DNA of 64,000 bases, taken from an uncultured bacterium (GTDB taxonomy: Bacteria; DRYD01). The translations under genes were made by a program, and so were the position numbers. The notes under the pieces are model-generated. The model was not told the DNA's origin and did not search any database. It worked only from the letters and a program-made list of their open reading frames with translations. Shown in pieces: positions 30,864-41,484 of this stretch. The stretch spans positions 79,487-143,486 of the forward strand of contig CAKZQG010000037.1 in the NCBI GenBank assembly GCA_937139605.1, read 5' to 3'. Within the stretch, counting starts at the first letter, position 1. The number at the start of each line of letters is the position of its first letter.

Positions 30864-31925
30864 TTAAGATAACTTAGGAGTTGCAAATCCTTCGGGGTTT
30901 CCTAGTTTTGTTTGTAATTCACTTAGCGGTACTTTATGTAATCCATTAAATCCGTTCCAACCTGTTGTTATTATCATTGGTTCTCCTTTTTCATTTCTTT
31001 CACCTGTGTATATTGCAATGTGTCCGTATTGGCCGTTACCCCAGTATAAATAAGATCCAGGTGGCATATTATCCCAGTCTGTTCTTAATCTTCCTTGTTC
31101 TTTTATTATTTGTAATGATTCTTTAGCACTTGGAGCTCTTAAAGCACTATCTTTGTATTCAGCCATATTATTAACAAATCCTAGACACCACATATCCCAT
31201 TGGCTACCATCTTTTGCTGTTTTCCCATTATTGGGGTTTCTATATTTTTCGGGATTATTTAGTGCATCGTTTGCTCTATCTAAAAATCTTTGGATTTTTT
31301 CTCGTTCTTCTGGAGGATATGCATTCAAGTCTATTTTATTACCGGAATTTACTGGTGTTGTGTTGGAAGTGGAAGGGGAATTATTAGAAGCTGTTGTTAT
31401 GTTAGAAGTGGAAGGGGAATTACTAGAGGCTGGTGTTATGTTAGAAGTGGAAGGAGAATTATTAGAAGCTGGTGTTGCGCTAGAATTTGAAGGGGTGCTG
31501 TTGGAAGCAGAGGGGATATAAGATTTATCAGAACGAGTATTAGGATTTATTGGGGCTATGTTATTAGAAGGGGTCGTTATTTGGGGATTACCAAAGTTTC
31601 CACTTGGATATGAATTATCTGAAGGGGAAAATGTATTTCCATTTGGATTTATTGAATTTAGATATTGTAAAAGTAATAGTAGTAGCTTTGATAATTCATC
31701 TTGGGAGAAATTATTAAAGGAATTTCCTTGATTGGTATTATTATTAATTTGATTAATGTTATTTAGGTATTGTTTTATTAATAAATCAATTAATTTATTG
31801 ATATTATTGATATTTATATTAGAATTATCTATAGGCTTTTCCCAGGTTAAATTTGAGTTTGTTTGAAGATGTGGAGAATATATCTGATTAAAATAAATGT
31901 TATTAATTGCATTTATATTATTCAT
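30864..31925 (-). CDS. Protein with N/S/T/P-rich N-terminus and C-terminal NlpC/P60-CHAP-like cysteine amidase domain
   Basis: WCLGFV ... PPGSYLYW...YGHIAIYTG Cys/His dyad; AGGGGGGTG RBS favours ATG at 31925. Confidence 0.7.
   Translation of the reverse strand: MNNINAINNIYFNQIYSPHLQTNSNLTWEKPIDNSNININNINKLIDLLIKQYLNNINQINNNTNQGNSFNNFSQDELSKLLLLLLQYLNSINPNGNTFSPSDNSYPSGNFGNPQITTPSNNIAPINPNTRSDKSYIPSASNSTPSNSSATPASNNSPSTSNITPASSNSPSTSNITTASNNSPSTSNTTPVNSGNKIDLNAYPPEEREKIQRFLDRANDALNNPEKYRNPNNGKTAKDGSQWDMWCLGFVNNMAEYKDSALRAPSAKESLQIIKEQGRLRTDWDNMPPGSYLYWGNGQYGHIAIYTGERNEKGEPMIITTGWNGFNGLHKVPLSELQTKLGNPEGFATPKLS
31362..31478. repeat. Three tandem 39-bp coding repeats plus a degenerate fourth
   Basis: GTTRGAAGTGGAAGGRGAATTAYTAGARGCTG.TGTT.. 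at 31362, 31401, 31440; encodes xT(P/T)AS(N/S)NSPSTSN on -. Confidence 0.9.
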
Positions 31926-32141
31926 ACTTAACACCCCCCTTGTATTTAATTTATGTTTTATTAGTTTAAAATCTTTTGTAAATATTTTGAATAAAAAGGA
32001 AATTTTGTTAAAATTTTTTAATATTTTTTTATTAAATTATTTAAATAAAAAGGTTTTTAAAGATTTCTATAAAATATTATTAATGTAAGGTTTAGTGTTG
32101 GTAATTTAAGTAAATTTAAGTAAATTTAAGGAGGAGGTTTT

Positions 32142-32546
32142 ATGACTAAAATAGGAAAAGGAGAGAAAATATTAATAGTGGATGATGAAGAGAATTTGGT
32201 TGATTTGATATCTAATATATTAAAGCATGAGGGGTTTGTAACAGTTAGTGCATATAATGGTAAAGATGGCTTGGAAAAAGCAAAGCAGGAAAAACCACAT
32301 ATAATAATTCTTGATATAATGATGCCTCAGATGGATGGATTTGAAGTATTAAAAAATTTAAAAGAAGATGATGAAACTAAGGATATCCCTGTTATAATGC
32401 TAACTGCAAAAACTGAAGATAGTGCTGTTATAGAAAGCTGGAGAAAAGGTGCTGAATTCTATATCCCTAAACCATTCGAAATTGAAGAAATATTACACGT
32501 AATAGAATTAATTATTAAAAATAAATATGCTAACACTAATCAATAA
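32142..32546 (+). CDS. Stand-alone response regulator receiver protein
   Basis: ILIVDDE, LDIMMPQMDG, MLTA, KPF. Confidence 0.92.
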   Translation: MTKIGKGEKILIVDDEENLVDLISNILKHEGFVTVSAYNGKDGLEKAKQEKPHIIILDIMMPQMDGFEVLKNLKEDDETKDIPVIMLTAKTEDSAVIESWRKGAEFYIPKPFEIEEILHVIELIIKNKYANTNQ

Positions 32547-32758
32547 AATTATTTTTTTATGTTTAAAAATTATTTTTTAGTAAAATTATTGTTGTATTAT
32601 TTTTGATAAGAAAGTTTTTAGAAAATAGAAATTTAGTTATTTACCTACAAATAACTGTGGGTAGTGAATTTTAGTAATTATTGGTAAAGGTGGGATAAAG
32701 TGTAAGATCTAATAAAATCGCCATTTTACAGGTAGAATTTTTTAAATTGAGGTAGTTC

Positions 32759-33703
32759 ATGTTGATGAATGTTAAAATAGATGTTATTGAAGATTTTAAA
32801 TATTATCTAATTTCAAAAGGCTTAAGTACGAGAACTATTAAAGAATATGTCTTAGATATTTTAAAATTTAATAAATTCATAGAAAATCAAAATTTAGATC
32901 TTAATAGTTTATTAAAATTACCTGAAGATAATATATTAAAAATAATTCAAAAATATATATCTATATTAAAATTAGAAAAAGAGCAAAGCAATAGAGGAAT
33001 AAATAGGAAATTATCTGCTATTAAAAAATTCTTTTTATTTGCTTTTAAAGGTAAATTAACTAATAGTAATATAAGTAATTTAATAGAGATGCTTAAAACT
33101 CCAAAATCTTTACCTAAAGCTATTAATATTACTGATTTAAAACAATTTATTTCTAATGTAGATTTAATTACTGATGGTAATAAAAAACTTAGTACTTTTA
33201 AAAAGAATTTTTTAAAAATACGAAATAAATTAATTATTAATTTTTTGTTCTTTACTGGTGTTAGAATATCTGAATTAGTTAATATTAAAATTAATGAAAT
33301 TGATTTTGAAAATAATACTATTAAAGTTTTGGGTAAAGGTAATAAAGAGAGAATTGTTATATTCTCTAAAGAATTAAAAAATTTAATAAATGAATATCTA
33401 GATATAAGAAAGGATTTTGTAGATAAAAATAATAATTATTTATTTATAAGTTTAAGAAAGAAAAAGATAACTTCTAGGATGATACAAATATTATTTAAAA
33501 AATTATCTAAATTAGTATTAAAAAGTTTTAGTATAACTCCGCATGTATTAAGACATACATTTGCTACAGTTATGTTAAATAATGGTGCTGATATAGTTAC
33601 TATAAAAGAATTATTAGGGCATTCTAGTTTAAGTACTACTCAAATTTATACAAAAGTTTCTATAGAACATTTAAAAGAAAATTACAAATTGGATAATGTA
33701 TAA
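32759..33703 (+). CDS. XerC/XerD family tyrosine recombinase
   Basis: TGVRISEL, GKGNKER, PHVLRHTFAT, LLGHSSLSTTQIYT. Confidence 0.92.
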   Translation: MLMNVKIDVIEDFKYYLISKGLSTRTIKEYVLDILKFNKFIENQNLDLNSLLKLPEDNILKIIQKYISILKLEKEQSNRGINRKLSAIKKFFLFAFKGKLTNSNISNLIEMLKTPKSLPKAINITDLKQFISNVDLITDGNKKLSTFKKNFLKIRNKLIINFLFFTGVRISELVNIKINEIDFENNTIKVLGKGNKERIVIFSKELKNLINEYLDIRKDFVDKNNNYLFISLRKKKITSRMIQILFKKLSKLVLKSFSITPHVLRHTFATVMLNNGADIVTIKELLGHSSLSTTQIYTKVSIEHLKENYKLDNV

Positions 33704-33738
33704 TTATAGTGTTTTTATAATAGGGGGTAGTTTTTATA

Positions 33739-35498
33739 ATGTTATTAGTTAATTATATAAGTTTATATAGGAAATATCGACCATTAAAATTTAGTGAAGT
33801 TATTGGCCAAGATATTAGTATAAGAATATTAACTAATTCTATAGTAAGGGGAGAGATATTTCATGCTTATATATTCAATGGAACAAGGGGAACTGGGAAA
33901 ACAACAGTAGCGAGGATTTTAGCTAGGGCTTTAAATTGTTTAAACTTAAATGGATTTGAGCCGTGTAATGAATGTTATAATTGTAAAGCTATAATGAATT
34001 CTTCATTTCCTGATGTTATTGAGATAGATGCCGCTTCTAATAGGGGGATAAATGAAATAAGGGAAATAAGGGATAATGTTAAGCTTTCTCCTTTAAAAGG
34101 TAGATATAAAGTTTATATTATAGATGAAGTACATATGCTAACAATAGAGGCTTTCAATGCGTTATTAAAGACTCTGGAGGAGCCTCCTAAAAATGTTGTT
34201 TTTATTTTAGCTACTACTGATATTCATAAAGTCCCTATTACTATTTTATCAAGATGCCAGCAAATAGAATTTAAAAGAGTAGATTATATCTTAATTTTTA
34301 ATCATTTAAAAAATATTTGCCAAAAAGAAAATATAATTATAGATGATGATGCTTTAATTTATATAGCTAAATTAGCTAAAGGCTCTGTTAGAGATTCTAT
34401 TAGCATTTTAGAACAAATTAAGAATATTTCTGAGCATATTACTTTAAATGATATTTTTAAAGTATTTTCAATTTATTCTTTTGAATTAATTAAAAATTAT
34501 ATTTATTATGTTTTACTAAGTGATTTTAAAGAAGTTGTTAATATAATTAACCTAATAAGACTTAATGCTGTCAATATTTATAATTTTTTATATAACTTAA
34601 ATATGGAATTAAAGGAAATTATTTATTATTATTTTAATCCTGATATTATTCAAGAAAACTTAACTCAAGAACAAATCAAATTTTATAAGTTTATAATAAA
34701 TAATTTTGATATAAAATTAGTTTATGAGTTATTAAAAAGTTTAAATTCGGTATTAAATTTTTATAAAAATGAAAATGATTATTATCTTTTTGAGATTCAA
34801 ACAATATCTTTTATTTTTAGTTTAAATAAGTATCTAAAAGATTCTAAAGATAAAATAGAAAATATTAAAGCAGAAAATATTAAGGAAATAGATAAAAATG
34901 TAATTAATTTAAAGGTAAGTGATGAAATAAGACAATCTCAAGAATTAATTAAAATTCAAGAAACAATTAATTTTAATGAAAAAATTAAATCCCAGGAATT
35001 AAATAAAGATGATTATAAAAATGATAATGAAGTTAATATAGATAATGATGAAAATAAAAACAATGAAGAAAAAGCTAAAATAGAAATAGATATAAAGAAT
35101 AATATATTAAACTTAATATCTGACAAGCATCTTTATAATGCAATCAAAGCTGCTGATAAAGTTATTCTTAATAATGATACTTTAATTTTTTATTATGATA
35201 GTTCTAAAAAAATTAACCAAACTTATAAATATTTAATAAAAATTTCCAAAGAAAAGATAAGAAACTATCTTAGAAGTAAATATAATATTAATGATATAAT
35301 TTTTGAAGAAGAAATTAAAAAAAAAACTTTAATATAGATAATCAAGAATTTATAAAAGAAGAAATATTTTCTAAAGAATCTTTAGGAAATGAATTTAATA
35401 GTGATATTCTTAAAAGTGATATTATGGATAAAAAAAAGTTATTTATAAAGGATTTTGATAGTTTTGTAGAATTTGTAAGAAGGGAGTTAGAGTTATGA
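33739..35498 (+). CDS. dnaX: DNA polymerase III subunit gamma/tau (532 aa as written; 586 aa with one extra A in A10 at 35317-35326)
   Basis: LYRKYRP, GTRGTGKT, EIDAASN, IIDEVHML, SRCQ; 0-frame stop at 35337, -1 frame open to TGA 35498. Confidence 0.92.
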
Positions 35499-37918
35499 GA
35501 ATTATTTTTTATAATTTAAAGATTTTTTTTATATTATTTTTTATTTTTATTATATTAAATATAGTTTTATTAATAAATGTTTGGGCTATAAGTGATAAGG
35601 AAATGGAATCTAAAAGTGAGTATGAGCTTTATAATATTGCAGCTGAATATTTTCAAAAAAAGAATGATCAAGAAGCTTTTAAAGTAGTAAAGTATCTTTT
35701 GGAAAATAAAAACCCAAGAAATAAACAAGCTTTATATATTTTAATAGAGATTTTAATAAGGAATATTAATAATTTTCCCCAATATAAAAGGAAAGATATA
35801 TATTATCAGATAATTGAGAAATCTAATTGGATAACTGATAATATTGATTATTATGATTATAAAGCTTATTATTATAAAGGATGGGCATTTTATAATTTAG
35901 GTGATTTAGCTACTGCTGAAAGAAATTTTAAAAGAGCACTTGAAAATTACGCTAACTATTTGCCTGCATTGTATTATTTATCTAAAATTTACTTAGATAG
36001 AAATGATTTAGAAAATGCTCAAAAAACTATTGAAAAAATTTTAAATATAGAACCATATAATATTGATTTTAGAAAATTATATTTTGAATTATTGATTAAA
36101 CAAAATAAGTTAGATGATGCGCTTTCTTATTTTAATTCTTACCTTAAAAACTTAAACGATGAGAAAATTTTTTATTTAATTTCGTTAGTTTATTATAATA
36201 AGTCAGAGTTTAAAAATGCACTTGATTATATTGATAAAGCTTTGAATTTTAATAATAATAATTCTGATTATCTTAAATTAAAAGTTAAAATATTATTTAA
36301 AATAAAGGATTATAAAAAAACAGAAGAAATTATTAATAACTATTTTAAAGATACTAATGATGAGGAAATTAAGAATATATATAATAATATCCAAGCAATA
36401 AAGGCGCAAAGAATTTATATTATATTTGTTGTTTTGCTGGGTTTATTAGTTGTAGGTATAGCAGGTTATTTTATTTCTAGGAGTTATAAAGAAAATATGT
36501 ATAAAAAATATTTACAAGCTCAAAAGAGCAGCTACATAGAGAAAGTTTCAAAGAAAGCAGAGAATCTAGAGATTTTAGTAGGTTTTGCTTATGATTTTCT
36601 CTCTAAGTTTCTTGAAACTACTAAAATTGCTATTTATATTGTTGATAGTAAACGAGATAATGCTTTATATAAATATATTAATAAAATTTCAAGAGATTTG
36701 GATTCTATTGAGATAATTTATGTTTATACAAAGTATTCTAGTTGGCTAGCTGAAGGAGCTAATAAGCCATTTTCTATTTACCAGGTTCAAGAAGATCAAA
36801 TAATGTATGAGTATTTTGGTGGTAAAAATATTATTAATTTTAAAAAGGAAGGAGTTAGAGTAATTATACCTGCAGTATCTAGGGGAATTTTACAAGCTTT
36901 AGTTTTGATTGGAGCTTTAAAGGATGAAGAAGAGTTATTTAAAGTTATTAAGGACAAAAAAGAATTATTAAGTGATATAATAGAAGAGTTTGCAAATGAT
37001 GTTATGTCTACTAGATTTAAGGAAGCTGCTATCCTTGATGAATTAACGAGACTTTATAATAGAAGATATATGCTTCAAAAATTAGAAGAAGAAATAAGCA
37101 AAGCTAATCAATCTAAATCTAAATTATCTTTTATTTTATGTGATATAGATAATTTTAAAAAATTTAATGATACATATGGGCATCAAGTAGGAGATGAAGT
37201 TTTAAGGGTAGTAGCAAAGGTTTTTAAAGAAGCTTCTAGAGCTGATTTTGATATTCCTTTTAGATATGGAGGTGAAGAAATAGGTTTAATACTTCCTAAT
37301 ACTGATTCTGAAAAGGCTTTTGAAGTAGCTGAAAGAATTAGGAATTTGGTTTCCTCTAAGAGATTTGAAGGAGTACCTACTATTATCACTATTTCTATTG
37401 GTTTATCTACATACCCTGATCATGGGCTTGATCCAGAAACTCTAATAAAAGAAGCTGACGAAGCTTTGTATTATTCAAAGAAAACAGGGAAAAATAAAAC
37501 TACTATCGCTGGAGTTAAAGTTTTATTAAATGAATCAGAATCAGATAAGATTGATGATAAAAAATTAACTAGTTTTGCTAATGACGGTGGATCTAAGGAT
37601 AAAAAAGATAAAGAATTATCTAAGGAATTTAAATTACCTTCTTTTTGTTATTCTTACGAAGATTTTATTTCTTATTATAATAATTTGAAAACTAATATTT
37701 CTAATATTAAGTTAGTTTCAATAAAGACTGATATTGATAATTATGAAAAAATATTGTATGATTTACATTTTAATTTATTATTAACTGAAAGTATTACTGC
37801 TAAACTTATAGATAATAATGAAGTTGAAATAAAATTATTATTAGTTGATAGATCTGAAAATGAAGTACAAGATTTAATTTCAGGTATTGAAAATAGATTT
37901 AAAGTTAAAATTAGCTAA
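35495..37918 (+). CDS. Membrane diguanylate cyclase: TPR region, TM, GAF-like, GGDEF
   Basis: TPR helices, TM, DELTRLYNRR, DIDNFKKFNDTYGHQVGD, RYGGEEI. Confidence 0.9.
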   Translation: MRIIFYNLKIFFILFFIFIILNIVLLINVWAISDKEMESKSEYELYNIAAEYFQKKNDQEAFKVVKYLLENKNPRNKQALYILIEILIRNINNFPQYKRKDIYYQIIEKSNWITDNIDYYDYKAYYYKGWAFYNLGDLATAERNFKRALENYANYLPALYYLSKIYLDRNDLENAQKTIEKILNIEPYNIDFRKLYFELLIKQNKLDDALSYFNSYLKNLNDEKIFYLISLVYYNKSEFKNALDYIDKALNFNNNNSDYLKLKVKILFKIKDYKKTEEIINNYFKDTNDEEIKNIYNNIQAIKAQRIYIIFVVLLGLLVVGIAGYFISRSYKENMYKKYLQAQKSSYIEKVSKKAENLEILVGFAYDFLSKFLETTKIAIYIVDSKRDNALYKYINKISRDLDSIEIIYVYTKYSSWLAEGANKPFSIYQVQEDQIMYEYFGGKNIINFKKEGVRVIIPAVSRGILQALVLIGALKDEEELFKVIKDKKELLSDIIEEFANDVMSTRFKEAAILDELTRLYNRRYMLQKLEEEISKANQSKSKLSFILCDIDNFKKFNDTYGHQVGDEVLRVVAKVFKEASRADFDIPFRYGGEEIGLILPNTDSEKAFEVAERIRNLVSSKRFEGVPTIITISIGLSTYPDHGLDPETLIKEADEALYYSKKTGKNKTTIAGVKVLLNESESDKIDDKKLTSFANDGGSKDKKDKELSKEFKLPSFCYSYEDFISYYNNLKTNISNIKLVSIKTDIDNYEKILYDLHFNLLLTESITAKLIDNNEVEIKLLLVDRSENEVQDLISGIENRFKVKIS

Positions 37919-37940
37919 TTTTTTTATAGTATTATTTTAT

Positions 37941-38309
37941 ATGCTGGAAAGTTTTTCTAGGAAGTATCAACGAGAGTTGGCTATTATAAATTTGTTTCAA
38001 GTTATTTTTTTTAAAAAAGAAATGATCTTTGAATTTTTAGATGATTATTTTAAAAAATTGTTAGCAAATTATATAAATAATAAAATAGATATCGATTTAA
38101 AAATATGGAGTATTGTTAGATATACGGATTTTTCTATTTTAAATGAATTAGAGAAAGCTTTGTTAATTTTACTTTTTTTAGAAGTTTTATATTCTAATTT
38201 GCCTCTTAAAGTTATTTTATCTATTTATATTAATTTGTCAATAAAATATTGTAGAAAAAATTTTAATAAACTCATACCTGTATTTTTAAGTAAAATAAAA
38301 AATGATTAA
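37941..38309 (+). CDS. nusB: NusB-like antitermination protein (divergent)
   Basis: SRKYQRELAI..LFQ, L..LEKALL..., P.KVI...I.LS.KY; ATG 37941 preferred to overlapping TTG 37887. Confidence 0.55.
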   Translation: MLESFSRKYQRELAIINLFQVIFFKKEMIFEFLDDYFKKLLANYINNKIDIDLKIWSIVRYTDFSILNELEKALLILLFLEVLYSNLPLKVILSIYINLSIKYCRKNFNKLIPVFLSKIKND

Positions 38310-40368
38310 TTTTTTTAGTTTTATTTATAAAGTTGTTATAAATATTATTAAGTTTTTATTTTTATTATTTTCTTTAATTTTATTTTTTGGTATTTCATTT
38401 ATTGTCGGTATTATAATGGAAGCGAAGAAGGATATTCCTGATGTTAGTTTAATAAGAAACAAGGTGCCTATTGAAACTTCGGAAATTTTTTCTTCAGATG
38501 GTGTTAGAGTTGCTAAGTTATTTGTAGAAAATAGGTACTGGGTTAGTGTTAAGGATATTCCTGTTACTGTTAAGAATTGTTTAGTAGCTTCTGAAGATGA
38601 AAGATTTTATCAGCATAAAGGGGTTGATATAATTGCTGTAATTAGAGGGATTATTAGTATATTGGTAAATAAAGAAGTAACACAAGGTTCAAGTACTATT
38701 ACTCAGCAATTGGCTAGGATTTTGTTCTTAAGTCCTGAAGTTAGTATAAAAAGAAAAATTAAAGAGGCCTTGATTGCTAATGAATTAGAAAAATATTTTT
38801 CTAAAGATGAGATAATGGAATTATATTTAAATTTAGTTTATTTTGGTCAAGGAGCTTATGGAATTGAAGCTGCTGCTAGAACTTATTTTGCTAAAAGTTC
38901 TAAAGATTTAAATTATCCTGAAGCTGCTTTAATTATTGGATTGCTTCCTGCTCCCTCTGTTTATGATCCTTATGTTAATTTTAAACTAGCTAAGGAACGA
39001 CAATTATATGTATTAAAAAAATTACTTGAGCTTAAATATATATCTAAGCAACAATATGAAGAATATATAAATTATCCTATTAATTTGAAAAAAGAAAAAT
39101 TAGAAGAAAATAATATTAATTATCCATATTATACTAATTTCGTTATACAAAATTTTCAAAAATTAACAAATAATAGAATAAATTATGAAGATTTAAAAAC
39201 CCAAGGCTTAAGAGTATATATAGCACTAGATACTAAGTTACAGCAAGCTATAGAAGATATGTTAAGAAAAGAGATAGATAAAAATCGGGATTTATATAAT
39301 GTTAATCAAGCCGCTATTGTTTTAATAGAAAATTATACAGGGAAAGTTATTGCTGCTGTCGGTGGGTATCAATATAGAGTTAATGATCAATTTAATAGGT
39401 TTTATCAAGCTTATAGGCAACCAGGATCTACTTTTAAGATATTCGTTTATACTGCTGCTTTGATTTATGGATTTGATATAAATTCTGTTGTAGTAGATAA
39501 GGTTTATACTTATGTTGGTTTAGATGGGAAGCCATATTCTCCTGTTAATTGGGATAATAAGTATTGGGGGGTTATTACTTTAGCTGATGCTTTTGCATTT
39601 TCTAGGAATACTATTGCAGTTTATTTAGCAAATGCTGTTGGGATTGATAAAGTTATTAATATAGCTCATAAGATGGGGATAAAATCTAAATTAGAACCTT
39701 ACTTATCTACTGCTTTAGGAGCTTCGGTGGTTTCTCCTTTAGAGATGGCTGTTGCTGTTTCTACTATTGCTAATGATGGGCAATATATTGAACCTGTTTT
39801 TATTGAAAAAGTTATAGATAGATATGGAGCAATTATTTTTGTTGATTCTAGAGATTATAAACTAGAAAATCAAGTTATCCCTTATGAAATAGCTCAAAAA
39901 ATGAAATATTTAATGAAACAGGTTGTAGAAAGGGGTACAGGAACTAATGCTAAAATACCTGGGAAAAATATATATGGTAAAACAGGAACTACTAATGATC
40001 ATAGAGATGCTTGGTTTGCTGGGTTTAGTGATGATTTTACTTGTGTAGTTTGGGTTGGAAATGATGATTACTCTAAATTAAATGGAGTTTATGGAGCTAC
40101 TTTACCTGCTTCTTTATTTAAAAATACTTTGCTTTTAGCTTATAAGTACCATCAAACTTCTAAAGATAATAAAATTAAAAATAAAATAATTAAACAAAAA
40201 TCTGCTAATTTAGGTAATAATTATCTAAATCAAAATAAAAGTAATTCTATTGAGAAAAATAATGATACTACTTTGAAAAGTAATATAACAACTACTCGCG
40301 CTACTACTGCTACCACTAGTGATACTGTTGATTATAATACATTTCCTTGGGAAAATACTACTGAATAA
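38302..40368 (+). CDS. Class A penicillin-binding protein (PBP1A family)
   Basis: SEDERFYQH.G, GSSTITQQL, RKIKE, YLN; GSTFK, SRN, KTGTT. Confidence 0.93.
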   Translation: MINFFSFIYKVVINIIKFLFLLFSLILFFGISFIVGIIMEAKKDIPDVSLIRNKVPIETSEIFSSDGVRVAKLFVENRYWVSVKDIPVTVKNCLVASEDERFYQHKGVDIIAVIRGIISILVNKEVTQGSSTITQQLARILFLSPEVSIKRKIKEALIANELEKYFSKDEIMELYLNLVYFGQGAYGIEAAARTYFAKSSKDLNYPEAALIIGLLPAPSVYDPYVNFKLAKERQLYVLKKLLELKYISKQQYEEYINYPINLKKEKLEENNINYPYYTNFVIQNFQKLTNNRINYEDLKTQGLRVYIALDTKLQQAIEDMLRKEIDKNRDLYNVNQAAIVLIENYTGKVIAAVGGYQYRVNDQFNRFYQAYRQPGSTFKIFVYTAALIYGFDINSVVVDKVYTYVGLDGKPYSPVNWDNKYWGVITLADAFAFSRNTIAVYLANAVGIDKVINIAHKMGIKSKLEPYLSTALGASVVSPLEMAVAVSTIANDGQYIEPVFIEKVIDRYGAIIFVDSRDYKLENQVIPYEIAQKMKYLMKQVVERGTGTNAKIPGKNIYGKTGTTNDHRDAWFAGFSDDFTCVVWVGNDDYSKLNGVYGATLPASLFKNTLLLAYKYHQTSKDNKIKNKIIKQKSANLGNNYLNQNKSNSIEKNNDTTLKSNITTTRATTATTSDTVDYNTFPWENTTE

Positions 40369-40549
40369 ATGACTTAATAGTTTATTTTGTATTGTAATAA
40401 AATATTTATTTGTTTTAGAAGGTTTTTGTATTTTTATTGTAGAATTTTTAAAATAGTAATTAATAGTAATTAAATATAAAAATTAAATATAAAATTAAAA
40501 AATTAATTAAATGAACTAATTAAATTAAATAAAAGGAAGGGATATATAA

Positions 40550-41446
40550 ATGGGTATATTAGTTGATAAAAATACAAGAGTTATAGTACAAGGCATTACA
40601 GGTAAAGAGGGGAGTTTTCATACTAAGCAGATGTTGGAGTATGGAACGAATATAGTTGCTGGTGTTACTCCATATAAAGGGGGTCAAGAATTTTTAGGGA
40701 TTCCTGTTTATAATACTGTTTCTGAGGTTATAAGGGAAAAGGGACGGGTTGATGCTACTGTTATTTTTGTTCCCCCTAAATTAGCTTCTAATAGTATAAT
40801 AGAAGCTATACTAAATGATATTAAAATTATTGTGGTTATAACTGAAGGGATTACTCAACATGATATGTTAAAAGTACATTATTATTTGAAGAGATCTAAT
40901 TCAATTATGATAGGTCCAAATTGTCCAGGGGTTGCTACTGCTGGGCAAACTAAGTTAGGAATTATACCTAATAATGTATTATCTCCTGGGATAGTCGGTT
41001 TAGTTTCTAGAAGTGGAACTATATCTTATGAAATTTTGAAATTACTAAAAGATCATAATTTAGGGCAAACTACTGCAATAGGATTAGGTGGTGATCCCTT
41101 AATTGGTTTAAGATTTAAACAGGCGTTGGAAATGTTTTTAAATGATGAAGAAACTAAGGCTGTTGTTATGGTTGGGGAGATTGGGGGTAGTGATGAAGAG
41201 GATGCTGCTTTAAGTGTTAAGAAGTTAATTGAAAATAATAAGCCTGTAGTTTGTTTTATTGCAGGCAAAAATTCTCCTGAGGGTAAAAGGATGGGGCATG
41301 CTGGGGCTATTATTATGGGAAAATCTGGAAAACCAGAATATAAAATAAATGCTTTAAAACAAGCAGGTGCTATTATAACTGATACTATCCAAGAAATACC
41401 TATTATCCTTAAAAAAGAACTATCTAAAGTTAAATTAGAAAATTAA
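40550..41446 (+). CDS. sucD: Succinyl-CoA synthetase alpha subunit
   Basis: VQGITG, GVTP.KGG, GPNCPG, SRSGT, GEIGG, RMGHAGA. Confidence 0.96.
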   Translation: MGILVDKNTRVIVQGITGKEGSFHTKQMLEYGTNIVAGVTPYKGGQEFLGIPVYNTVSEVIREKGRVDATVIFVPPKLASNSIIEAILNDIKIIVVITEGITQHDMLKVHYYLKRSNSIMIGPNCPGVATAGQTKLGIIPNNVLSPGIVGLVSRSGTISYEILKLLKDHNLGQTTAIGLGGDPLIGLRFKQALEMFLNDEETKAVVMVGEIGGSDEEDAALSVKKLIENNKPVVCFIAGKNSPEGKRMGHAGAIIMGKSGKPEYKINALKQAGAIITDTIQEIPIILKKELSKVKLEN

Positions 41447-41484
41447 AATTTACTAATTTTTTTATTTTTTAAATTTTTATATAA

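Noticed and set aside
31153-31521. 122-aa + strand ORF with LEVEGELLEA repeats (and 31290-31490)
   Set aside because: Antisense shadow of the 39-bp repeat in the minus-strand gene; no RBS
32102-32130. Short tandem repeats (TAAATTTAAG x3; also AAAGTATT x3 near 19171)
   Set aside because: Low-complexity slippage duplications expected at this AT content; no function inferable
32759-33703. Recombinase as a prophage or island integrase
   Set aside because: Xer-sized, flanked by housekeeping genes, no tRNA/att site or cargo
33686-33714. dif-like GGATAA-TGTATA-ATTAT at the recombinase 3' end
   Set aside because: Spacer one base too long, no TTATGTTAAA-type arm, overlaps coding sequence; likely chance in AT-rich DNA
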